From NCBI GenBank assembly GCA_004431415.1, contig QPMI01000428.1:372001-436000 (forward strand): 64,000 nt of DNA, given 5' to 3'. Made by a program: the position numbers and the translations under genes. Under the pieces are notes generated by a model. That model had not been told where the DNA came from. It saw nothing but the letters and a program-made list of their open reading frames with translations, and did no database searches. Shown one piece after another: positions 50,401 to 61,704 of the stretch. Positions within the stretch are counted from its first letter, which is position 1. Each line of letters opens with the position of its first letter. Source of the stretch: Cyanophora paradoxa CCMP329 (taxonomy: Eukaryota; Plantae; Glaucophyta).

Positions 50401-52340
50401 GTGCGAGCGAGCCTCCCTCCCGCCTCTCCCCTCTCACCTCACTGTGCTGGAGAGTCGCTGGCTCTATAGCGCTAATATAGTGCTAATGGCGTGCTAATGC
50501 TAATCATCTGAGCCGAGAGGCTCGGTGCCTCTCGGCTCTATAGTGCTAATGTTGTCGGCTCTATAGTGCTAATGTTGTGAGAGCAAGTCCCCCTCCCTCC
50601 CCTCCCTCCCCCCCCCACTCCCCCCTCTCCCCGCCCTCCTCACCCTCGTACCCCCGCGCAGGCGGTGGGGGAGCACCTCTCGGTGGGGGACGAGATCGAG
50701 GTGAAGGTCGTCGGCTTCGACAACCGCGGCCGCGCCCGCGTGCGCCCGCAGCCGCGCACGCCCGCCCGCCCGCCCCGAGAGAAAGACATAAGGAGCACTA
50801 AGAACATAAGAGAACATAAGAGAGAGACATAGAACGGCCGCGCCCGCCTCGCCTCCCCGCACCCTGCTTCTGTAGCGAGCAAGAGAGTAGTAGAGGGCAC
50901 AGCTGCAGGGGCGGCTGCGCCGCCCGCCCGCCCGAGAGAAAGAGAGAAAGAGAGCATAAGAAGAAGAGGGGCATAGATCGCGTTCCCGTTTGTTTGCTTC
51001 TGCAGCGAGCAAAGCTGTTGGGGCGCCCGCGTGCTCGGCCCCTTCCTTACCGGACTGACCGTACCCTCTTCCGCCAGGTCTCGCGCCGCGTGTGCCTCCC
51101 CGTGCCGCCCGAGGCCGCAGCCGCAGCCGCCCCCGAGGGCGTCGACGGGGGCGAGGCCTCCTCCTCTTCCTCCACGGCGCCGGCCCCGGCGACCCCGGCG
51201 CCGGCGCCCGAGGATGAGCTGCCCGAGGGCCTGGCGCCCCTCACTCTCGAAGAGGTCCGCCTCGCCCGCGCTAAGCCGCCCGCTAGCGTACCCTATCGCT
51301 ATTCCGCTTGGAAGGGGCCCGCTGCTTCAAGCTTCCGCTAGCCCAGCCCATTCTATAGCTAGCTCAGCCTCTGCTCTCGCCTCCCCCGCCCCGCCCCGCC
51401 CCGCCCCTTTTGACCTCCTCCCCTCCCCCTCTCTCTCCTGCAGGCCCCCTCGGGGTCGGCGCTGGAGGCGACCATCCACTCGGTCCGCGGGGACGGATTC
51501 GTCGCCTCCTGCGCCGGCGGAACACGGTGCGCCGGGCTGCGTAAGATCGCTTTTAGGCTTATGATTAGCCGGAACTGTATGAGCCACGAGCTATATGCTA
51601 GTGTACACGCTGTTAGAACTGCGCCTTCTGCGCCGGCGGCACCTATAACTGTCTGTGCTGTTAGAGCTGTTAGAACTGCTTTATGAGCTGTTAGAACTGT
51701 CGCCTCATGCGCGGGCGGCACGCGGCGCGGCCCTGCGGCCCCGCATACACGCCGTGCCTTGGAGGAAGAGTACCGTGCCGTGCCTTCCTTCCTTCGCCCA
51801 TTTGAACCCTCTCCTGCCCCATGCGATCTGCCTCGATCTGCCTGCCCCACGCCTTCCTCCCTTCGCCCTCCTGACCCTCCCCCTCCTCCTGCCGTGCCGC
51901 AGGGGCGCGCTGGTGTCGTGGACGCGGGCGACGAGCAAGTGCGCGATCCGAGCCCGCGCCGCCCGCGTCCCGGCTGCCCCCCGTCCTCCGAGCCCGCCCG
52001 CCCGCCCCTCCTCCCGCCCGCCCGCTCGCCCGCCTCCGAGCCCAACCGCCCGCCCCGCCCGCCCGCCCGCCTACTCCGCTGTACATGTCCTCCCCGGCTC
52101 TGAACCCCGCCCGCCCGCCGCCCGCCCGAGCTGCCGCCCGTCCTCCGAGCCCGCCCGCCTGCCCGCCCCTCCGCCCTCCGCCCGCGAACTCCGCTGCCCT
52201 CCCCGGCTCTGAACCCCGCCCCCGCCCTCACCCGCGCCCCCCTCCTCCCCTCCCAGGTTCGTGACGCCGGGACCTTCCTCGAGGTCGCCGCCTCGCACGG
52301 GATCGTCCCCGGCGCCCCCGTCACCTTGAAGGTCCGCCCG

Positions 52341-52374
<34 letters not shown>

Positions 52375-55300
52375 CCCCCTGTGAGCCGGCGAGCTAGTCT
52401 CGGCGCCCGGGCTAGCTTCGAGACCGGAGAGGTCCGCCCGCCCCCCCGGCGAGCGAGCCAGCTAGCTAGTTTCTAAGGCTTCTCCGCCTACCTCCGCGGG
52501 CCCGCCTCGGATGGCTCTCTAAGGGCCCGGCGAGCCGCTGCCAAGAGAAGAAGAGGCAGCGGCCTGACGCCGAGGGCCCGGCCCCGGATCCCCCTCCGCG
52601 CCCGCCTCGGGAATCCAAGCTGGGCGTGTGTGTCTTACCTCGTGTCTTACGCATCGAATGCGCCCCTTTATACGCGTGTCTTATCTCGTGTCTTACGCAT
52701 CGAATGCGCCCCCTTATACGCGTGTCTCACCTCGTGTCTTACACATCGAATCTGATCCCCTCCCCCTTCAGGTTGTGGGGGTGCGGGGGGGCCGCCCCGT
52801 GCTCTCCCGCAAGGCGGCGCTGGAGGAGGAGGCGCGGCGCGAGGACGACGCGCGCCGCGCCGCCGCCCGCGCCGCCCGCGCCCAGCCCCAGGCGAGAGCT
52901 TCCCCCGGTCCTGGACTATATAGATTTCATCATTAGTAGCGTGATCCTAGACTGTATAGATTTCATCATTAGTACTATAGAGCCAGCGACTCTCTAGCCG
53001 GGGCCGCCCGCACCCAGCCCCGGACGAGCCCCCCGCCCCCGCCCCCCTTCCTAGATCATAGAGCTAGCCTTTCCTTTTTCCGGCCCGGGCGGCGGCCCGG
53101 GCCGCCCGCACCCAGCCCCAGGCGAGAGCTCGGTCCTAGACCCCGCCCCTTCCTAGATTAGACAGACTATAGCTTAGGCCGACCGCTGAGATCCCAGGCG
53201 AGAGCTCGGTCCTAAACCCCTTCTTGGAGCCTCCGATCTTGGAGCCCGGCGCCTGACTCCCCCCAGCCCCGGGCGAGAGCTCGATGCGAGAGCTCGATCC
53301 TTGACGGCGCCTGACGCCCCCCTAAGGTTGGGGAGAGCTACCCGGCGGTGGTGCGGGAGGTGCGCCCCTACGGCCTCATGGTCTCCCTCCCCGGCTGGCC
53401 CGACACCCAGACCGCCCTCGTGCGCCCCGCCCACGCCCCGGCCCCGGCCCCGGCCCCGCCCCCCGCCCGTGATAAGATGTAAGACACGAGATAAGACCGC
53501 TCTATGATATGAGACCGCCCTCGTGCGCCCCGGCCCCGCCCCCGCCCCGCCCCGCGCCTCGCCCGCCCGCCCGTGATAAGATATGAGACACGAGATAAGA
53601 CCGCTCTATGGTATGAGACCGCCGTCGTGCGCCCCGCCCCCGCCCCGCCCGCCCGGCCCGCCGGCCCGCCCGCCCGCCGGACCGCCCGCTCTCCCCCGGT
53701 GCTGTAGAAGAGCCTTACAGCCCAAGACCCTAGCCCGGCCCGCCCACCCAAGCCAAACAAAAGACTAGTCAGGGCCACCGGGGCAGCTACCTCTTCGCCT
53801 CTTCAGGGATGATTGCCGACTCTCGCCCGCCCCCCGCGCAGGTGCACATGCGGGAGCTCTCCCCCGAGGGCCCCCTCTCGAGCACGCCGGCGATGCGGCG
53901 CTACCTCGAGCGCAGGGGCATCGACGTCGGCTCCCCGCTCCCCGTCAAGGTCCGCCTTTATCCGCGCTTCTATGAGATTAGATCATCTTCTATGAGATTA
54001 GAGCATCTTTTTGAGATTAGAGCATCTTCTTCTTTTTACAAAGCTAGGATATGGGGACCTAGCCCGCTGGCCCCCGGGGACTTCTCGACGTTGAGCCTTA
54101 GCCGGCCCGAGCCCCTTCTGTCTCGTCTGATCCGAGCGGGCCCCACTTGCCGCGCATCCCTTCGCCTTCTCTTCGCCCTCCCTGCTGCGCATCCCAGGCC
54201 TTTGAGCCGGAGATAATAACCCGTTCCGAGCCTTCCAGATATCTTGCATTCCTGCCTGGTCTGCTCTGATCCGCCCCAATCTGATCCGGCCCTCCCGCCC
54301 CTTTCTCCCCCCGCAGTGCGTGAGGATACAGGACGGGCGCCCCGTCCTCAGCGCCGCCGCCGCCGCCGCCGCCGACCCTACCTCCCCCTCCGCCCCCTCC
54401 CCCTCGCCCTCCGCCTCTACCCCCTCTTCCTCCAGCCCCTCCTCCCCCTCCTCGTCCCCCGCGGAGGCGCTGACGGGCGCCGACGTGGCCGTCGGCGCTG
54501 AGTACGAGGTCGAGGTGCGTCGCATGCAAGAACCCTAGTTTGGTGGCATACAAGAAGGCCCGGCCCCCAGTTTGACAGCATCTCCGCCCCTGCCCCCCCT
54601 TCCGCCCTCGTATCTGTCCTGGCTCTGGCTCCTCCCCCCCTCCCTGGCTCTGGCTCCGTCCGCCCCCCATCCCTGGCTCTGGCTCCGTCCGCGGACCAGC
54701 CCTAGGACCCCCAGCATCCCCCCCCCCCCCCCCCCCCCCCCATCTCCGCCTCCCGGGCCCTTGACACGCCCCCGCCCCCGCCCTCCGGCCCCGCCCCCGC
54801 CTCCGCCTCCCGGGCGCCTGACCCGCCCTCGCCCCCTAACCCGCCCCCTTGCCCTCGCCGGCGCAGGTGACGCGGGTGCGGGAGGTGGGCCTCGACGTCG
54901 CCCTCCGCGGCCGCCGCGCCTTCGTCCACATGAGCGAGGCAAGCATCCCCGCCCCCGCCCCGCTATGACGATTTGCATTTGCACGCAACAACAACTACTA
55001 GGAGTTTCACATCGCCCAATTTATCTCTCCGACCAGAACATCGCCTCCGCCCCCGCCCCCGCCCCCGCCCCGGCCCGCCCCGCCCCGCCCTGAGGGCCCG
55101 AGACCTCTTATATTAAGCCCTCAGAGCGGGGCGGGAGAGGGCCCTCTTCCGCCATCTTCTGATGGCCCTTATATTAAGCTTGCCATCTTCCGCCCCGCCC
55201 CGACCCCCGGGCCCCGCCCCCTGGGCTCCGGTCGCGGCCCTTAGGCCCTACTCCTCTAGACCTAGATCTGAATATCTTAATTCCGCTCTAGGAGGGCCAG

Positions 55301-55949
55301 ATCTAGATATCCGAGGCTCGCCCCGCCCTTCCCTTCCAGTTCCCGCGCTCGCTCCCTTCTGACCCGCCCCCGGGGCGCAGGTGCCGGACCCCGGGCGGGG
55401 TACCCCCTCCGTCCACGAGTTCCCCGCCCTCGTCGAGTCGCTAAAGCTCGGGGTTCGATCCCGCCTGGACCCCTTTTTTTTCCTCCATTAAGCTTCTGAT
55501 CGGCCTCGAATTCGATCTCGCGATCGCAGCCTGGTGCGCGGTTCGTGGTGCGGTGCACGGCGATCACGCCGGCGGGCCCACGGCTCTCCCGGCGGGCAGC
55601 GGAGGCGCCGGTGCCGGCGCCGGCGCCGGCGCCTGTACCCCTCGAGGCCGCGTCCCCGGCCGGAGAGGACTGGGCGGGCTTGGGGGACGGGGTCGACGTC
55701 GAGGAGGGCGAGGAGGGCGAAGCGGGGGCCGCGGGCGAGGGCGAGGGCGAGGGCGAGGGCGGGGGCGAGGTGGGCGAGGCCGGGGCGGTGAAGCGGAGGC
55801 GGGGCCGGCCCCGGAAGGGCCCGATCGCGAGCCCGGCGGCAGCGCAGGCCGCCGCGGATCCGGAGGGCGGCCGGGAGGGGGAGCCGAGGCCCGCCGGCCC
55901 GGAGGACCCGCCGGCGCCGGCGCCGGCGCCGGGGCCGCCCCAGGCGTAG
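41481..55949 (+). CDS. PNPT1: polyribonucleotide nucleotidyltransferase (PNPase), mitochondrial-type, highly intron-split, with extended S1/AT-hook tail
   Basis: Arg/Ser-rich presequence, then DFMPLS|VDYFEK...RREG...[54 protein letters not shown]|[13 protein letters not shown]|[14 protein letters not shown] motif GSLIGPQ|GSNIR and S1 domains. Stop TAG at 55947-55949. Confidence 0.95.
44875..46449. repeat. intronic tandem repeat, 9 copies of 176-178 bp
   Basis: Anchor GGAGGAAAGGGAGG at 44900, 45078, 45256, 45433, 45610, 45787, 45964, 46141 and 46317, inside PNPase intron 44634-46562. Confidence 0.95.
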
Positions 55950-58900
55950 CTGTACGTTTACGCAGCCGCCGCTGAGCTCGGCCGCGGGCCCAGGCCTGGG
56001 CCTGGCTGGCCGAGGCAGCTTCGAGTCTTACGACTTTCATGTTAGCTTCGCAGCGGTAGTGCCAGGCAGAAGAAGGCCAGGAGCGATATATAGCGGTTTA
56101 ATTTCTTGAGAATTTCGACGGCAGAATCGAATTCGAACATCGTTTATGAAGAGGGGGACCGTCGGACAGAATTCGAATTCGACGACGGCAGTAAGGTGTG
56201 ATCGAGTATGCGAGCAGAGAGGACGAGAAAAGGAGATCCGGCGGCATTTCGAATTCCCACCAGGTGTCGACGTCAGACTGAGACTTATATTAGACACCGT
56301 TAGCATCTTTAGCGCTAGCGTGGGCGGTTTCGAATTTTTGAAGTCTCAGCTGCAGAGTCTCAGCGGCTTACTCGCTACTCAAGTTAACTTAGTAGTAAAG
56401 CTTCAAGATTTTGACGACACTAGTACTGTGACAGAAGATCATTTTTTGATCGACCCACGTCAAGCTTTAGATGGGAAAAGCCCACGGCCCACGGGGGTGC
56501 CGGGGGGACACGCTCGGGAGTCGGGAGGATTCGGGACTCGGGACTGGGCCCTGGGGAGGGGCTCGGGAGTCGGGACTCGGGACCGCGAATCGCGATCGGG
56601 ATTCGGGACACTGTGACACTTATTCGGAACTTTGAATCGGAAGACTGACGACGTCGACGGCGTCGGCTCGAATCGTCGAATCGATTCAATCGAATCGCCG
56701 ATCGATCGTCGATCACATGAACGTTCAACGGTTAACAAGAAGGACAGTGAATGTAATGGCAGCCTTTGGCAGCCAATGGCAGGCCGCCGGGCTCCTTAAT
56801 TATAAAATGAATAAGACTTTACTCCGCATTTTTCGGTCCCTCCATGGGCCATGGCACCATGAGTCCATGACTCATGGAATCATGAATACGGGAGTAGGAT
56901 CGGAGGAGGGCTCGTCGATCGGATCCCGGTCCCCGGAGGAGGCACCGGACTCCTCGTAGCCTCGGAGGGGGTCAGATCGAGCGGGGAATTCGAATTCGAA
57001 TTCGAACCGGCGGGGAATCGCGGGGGAATTCGAACCGGCGGGGAATCGGGGGGGATAGCGGGGGGCGCTTGGGCTAGGCAGCCGAAACCCCGGCTTGCCA
57101 GCCCAGGGGTTTTGCCGGTTTCCCCCGGCTTGTCAGCCAAGACAGCAAGCCCGGGGCTCGCAATCGAGCCGGCGAACGAAGCATAGGTGAAGTTAGCGTG
57201 AGCTGCACCAAGCCAGACCAAGCCGCGCTGGCCACCGGTACCATAGTAACTGGCAAGCCGCTGGCAAGCCAGCCAAAATTTTGGAGCCGCCAAGCCGCTA
57301 GGGCCAGCCCCGGTGCAAGCTTTCGGAATTTTGGGCCAGCCCTGGTGCAAGCTTCTAGACCCGCCGGCCAGTGCCCTACCTAAGATAATAGTAAGATTAG
57401 ATCTAGACTAGAGTTGGCCAATCAGATGAGATTAGACCAGGTAGGCCGCCCGCGGGCCGCGGGCCGCGGCGGCGCGGCTCGCCGGCGCCGGCGCCGGCGC
57501 GGCGGCGCCCGGCCGCCGCCGCCGCCCGGCGCCGGCTTCAAGGGCTTAGCTTTGACTGAGCGGGCTTAGCCTCCGCTTATAATTACAGTATACGATCACG
57601 TATACAGTCTTTCACACTGGCGACTCGGTTGTCTTTTTATCCTTAAAAATCACTACCTACTAGTATGCCGTGACGGCGCCAGGCTACGGGGGGTTCGCAG
57701 TGTAACTTCGCACCGTTCGCCCCACCGTAGTATCTCAAAAAGAATGGTGAATTTCATGAAATACAAAAATTTGGCGTTGAAACTGAATTAAAGTCGACTG
57801 AAAGTCAATTGAAATTTCAACCCGCAGTGCAGCTCTTATAGAGACCCTACGCATTGCTGAGAGTTGACGTCTCTTTCACTTATAATCGACTTCACTCTAA
57901 TCTCTATCGCAGTCTTCGAGTCTCTGAATTGAAGGCCGGGGCCGGGGGACATGCGCAGGTAATATAAGGGGAAGCTAAGGGTGGGGAAAACGGGCAAATT
58001 CAATATATTTTATTATTTTTATATTCTCTCCACACCGCACGATACCCCTCCGGAGAAGCACCAGATTAGAGTAGACTACATAGGCCGCCTAGCCCAGCTT
58101 ATACAATTAGAGTCTTTCACACTAGTACTGGCGGCCCGGCCCAGCCCAGCCCAGCGGAGCAAGCGGGGCGCCCGATCGGGCGGGCGGACCTGGTCTCGTC
58201 GTCGAAGCGGTCAGGGTCGTACTCGTTCGGCTTCCCCCAGATGGTCTCGTCGTGGTGCAGCGTCCACATCGCCACGATGACCTTCGTCTGCGCCCCGGCG
58301 CTCAGCCGTCAGCGGCGGATAATAGGAGGGGTTGCGAGGGGGGAAGGAGAGGAGGAGGGGGAGGTGGTTGCCCGTGTACTTCATGGCCAGCAGCGGAGGC
58401 GGCGAGCCAGCGCGCGCCGATGCGCGCCGCGGCGAGTCCCAGTAACGCAGGCAAACGGCGCGACGGCGGAGCCTGCGAGGGCGTGCGGAGCTGATGCGGC
58501 TGCGCGCGCCCCGCGCCGCTCGAGCGGCCCCGCGCCTGCGGAACCCGCGCCCGGCGGTCAGGAGGTCTTCAAAACGCTTGCAGAGCGCGTGGAGAGTTGC
58601 CGGGCGTTGCCTCACCCACGCGGGGCGCCGGCGACGGCGTCGAGCTGCGGTCCATCGGCGCCGAGCCGCGGCGAGAAGCCGGCCAGCGCGAGGTTCGGCT
58701 CAATCCTATCGTCCGATGGGCGCCAAAAGCCACGGCGACGCCGCGGTGCCGCGCGTGTTGCGTGTACCCTAGCTCCACACAGCACGCTACCCCTCCGGAG
58801 AAGCATCACAGGCATCTCGCGTCGGCAGGCCTTGCTCCAGTGCGCAAGAGCTCGCCTTCCAGGGTCCCCTCATCGATGTCCAACGCGTCCTCCCGCAGGC

Positions 58901-59616
58901 TCGGCTCGTCGATGGCTGTGCGCATGCGCGGGACTCGGTCGGCGCCCTCGGCGCTCGAGGGCTCCGCCTCTGCGCTGCGAGCCACGAACGTAGAGGACCT
59001 AATGGCGACCGGATCGCTCCGCCCGGCGCGCTTCGGCCGTCGCATGACGGCCGATTGTTCGCTCGCCCCGTCCCTCGCATCTGCCTGCCGCACGCGCCCG
59101 AACGCTCGCACACTGCTCTCAGATTGCCCTGGACGCCTCGGAGGCGTCGCGCGGTGGCCCGGGGCCGCGCGGCGGGGTGTCCGGGGTCGATGAACGCCTC
59201 CCGCCCGGCGTGGGGGCGGCGGGGTGCGCTCAAACCCCGCCCGATCGATTGCCCGCACCCCTAAGCTTGGTCTGAACCCTCTTTGGCCAGTTACCGCCCT
59301 CGTTGGATCTCCGCCCCCCAGCTGGCGCTCCAGTACCCCCGATCCAGACCCCGCCGACCCCACCGCTGGATTCCCCGGGGTCGAATTAGTGGAAATCAAC
59401 TTCAACGGGGTCCTATCTCGAAGGTCGGGCCGGCGGTGTTTCTGTACCCCCCACACCACCAACGCCACTCCGACCCGTTCTTTTTTCCCAGAACCGGCTC
59501 GGCGAGCTCCGTCGACTGATCGTGGTCCCGCTGCCCGGCGGTGCGTTGGTGGGGCGCTGGGGCGGCATTTTTGGTTTTCCTCACCTGCCGGCCAGGTCCC
59601 GTTCGATTCGGCGCCG

Positions 59617-60708
59617 ATGGCGCGGGCAGGCCCCACCGGGAATCGTTCGAAGCGGAGGGCGGGAGCGAGCCGCGGCGTCTCCGCGCGTCCCACGCCCACA
59701 CAGGCGCGCCCCGCCCCGCGCGCTTGTTTCCCTGCCCCCTCGGGCGCCCCCTGACGCCGCCTCCCCCCGCAGGCACCGCCCCGGTGCTCCCCCGCGGGCC
59801 CCCGCGCGGTCCGCCGCTGAGAGGCGATGCTCGCGCGCGCCCGGCTCCCCCTCAGGGACGGTTGTCCTCCGCGAGGTCCGCCCCGCCCGCCCCCTCAAGA
59901 ATAGCGCACCCGCCTCTCCCGCTGCGCCCTCGCTCCTGCAGCTGGCACCCTGACCGGGGCGGCGCGCTCCCCTCGAACGGCAGATTCGCAAGTACCAGAA
60001 GACCTACGCTCTTTCCCCTTGCGCCCTCTGGCCGCCCGGTGCGCCGCGCCGCCCGGCGGGGCGCTCCGGCGGGGGCCCGGGGGCCGACGGGGCGGGTCCC
60101 GGGGCGGGCGCGCCGCAGGTCAAGGAGCTGGCCCAGGAAGAGGCGATCGAGGCGCCGCGATCGAGGAGGCACGACCTGCGCTGGCGGAGGGAGGCGATCG
60201 AGTCGAGGGTCTGATCCAGACCCTCGAGGGGGCCAACCTCTGCGCCGTCCACCTGACCAAGACCCTCGAGGGGGCCTGACCAAGACCCTCGCGAGGCGGC
60301 CGAGATGGACCTGACCAAGACCCTCGAGGGGGACAGCCTCTTGGCGATCCACCGCAGCCGCACGAGCATCCAACCCAAGGCACGCCCCGCCCTCCCGTGC
60401 TCGCCCTCGCACGCGCCGGCGGCTGACGGCGCCCGCCGCTCCCGCGCGCAGGATATCCAGGTGCCCCATCCACCAAACTCTGCGCCGTCCACCTCAACCG
60501 CGTCACGATCGAGCCCAAGGCGAGCCCAAGGCGAGCCCCGAAACCGCCCCGCCCCGCCCCGCCCCGCCCCGCCCCTCTGGCGCCCGCTAACGACGCTCGA
60601 CGCCGCGCCCCGCGCAGACATCGAGGTGCCCGAGACCCCGCGCGCGGCCCGGATCTAGGCCGCCGCCGGACGCTGCTCCGGCGCCAGATGCGCGGGGGCA
60701 ACGCGTGA
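59617..60708 (+). pseudogene. histone H3 variant (CenH3/CENP-A-like) pseudogene, intron-containing, frameshifted and internally duplicated
   Basis: Spliced pieces read MAR.., PRPHR|HRP|GTVVLRE|IRKYQKT, VKELAQE..DLRWRREAIE, REAAEMDLTKTLEG, ANLCAVH, LNRVTIEPK|DIE and LLRRQMRGGNA*, collinear with the H3 histone fold. There are at least two frameshifts and in-frame stops. Confidence 0.8.
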
Positions 60709-61111
60709 GGCGCGCGGAGCGAGCGCGCGGCGGCGGGCGTGGAGCTGCCCCGGCGTGCCGTTCTGTCGCCGCCGCCCGCCGCCGCGGCGGTGTATGTGAA
60801 CCGGCCTCCTGTCGCTGCAATCGAAAATCGTACCACGGTAGCGCTGCCGCAACCGCTCCATCGGGCGAGGTGCCCGAGACCCCGCGCGCGGCCCGGATCT
60901 AGGCCGCCGCCGGACGCTGCTCCGGCGCCAGATGCGCGGGGGCAACGCGTGAGGCGCGCGGAGCGAGCGCGCGGCGGCGGGCGTGGAGCTGCCCCGGCGT
61001 GCCGTTCTGTCGCCGCCGCCCGCCGCCGCGGCGGTGTATGTGAACCGGCCTCCTGTCGCTGCAATCGAAAATCGTACCACGGTAGCGCTGCCGCAACCGC
61101 TCCATCGGGCG
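60624..61111. repeat. 244-bp tandem duplication (2 copies) covering the last exon and 3' flank of the H3-like gene
   Basis: aggtgcccgagaccccg...ccatcgggcg occurs at 60624-60867 and 60868-61111, essentially identical. Confidence 0.9.
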
Positions 61112-61704
61112 CCGTGCGCCCTGGGAGAGGGTGGCACGCGCTCTCTTAGGGGTGGCACGGATCAAGCCATTTCCAGCCAACAGCGGGCGATCGAGGCCTG
61201 CCGCTCACGCGCGCGCAGACTGCAACACAGACCCCGATCCACGCCATCAGATATTGATAGTAAATTTTTAATTTTAATTTGATACGCTTAAGCTCAATAC
61301 CTGCAGTGCAGCTGGTGTGTGGGGCGGGTTACCGGGGTACCTGCATAAACCTGGCGTCGCAGCAGCGTTACCATAGACAATCCGCGGCTGCGGCGGCAGC
61401 AGGTAGATCATCAGATCGGCCATCGATCTGGCTGCGAGCACGACCGGCTGCCTCACTCGATTGCAGCCCATTCGACCAGCAGCTCGCGTCAGCGACTGCG
61501 CCCGCGGACTCGAGCAGCGCATCCGACTCCCAACTCGACGATCGCGATACAGGCCTTCCAGGAGCGTTTGGCGGTGTGGAGAGGCCTCCTGCGCCCCGGG
61601 ACGAGCGTGCGCTACGCCTGCAGCGCACCGATGCCGCGCGCTTGCGCTCTCGGTTTGCCGGCGCCGACGGTCCCATCCCGCAGCCCTCGCGCGCGTTGCG
61701 GGTG

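Noticed and set aside
57073-57385. Further hAT-like MITE (caagcc/gccagc subrepeats)
   Set aside because: No matching TIR pair or TSD could be found.
58140-59500. Possible gene on either strand
   Set aside because: No coherent spliced frame or recognisable motif.
59940-59985. DnaJ 'WHPD' motif
   Set aside because: It lies within an intron of the H3-like gene, with no J-domain helices around it.
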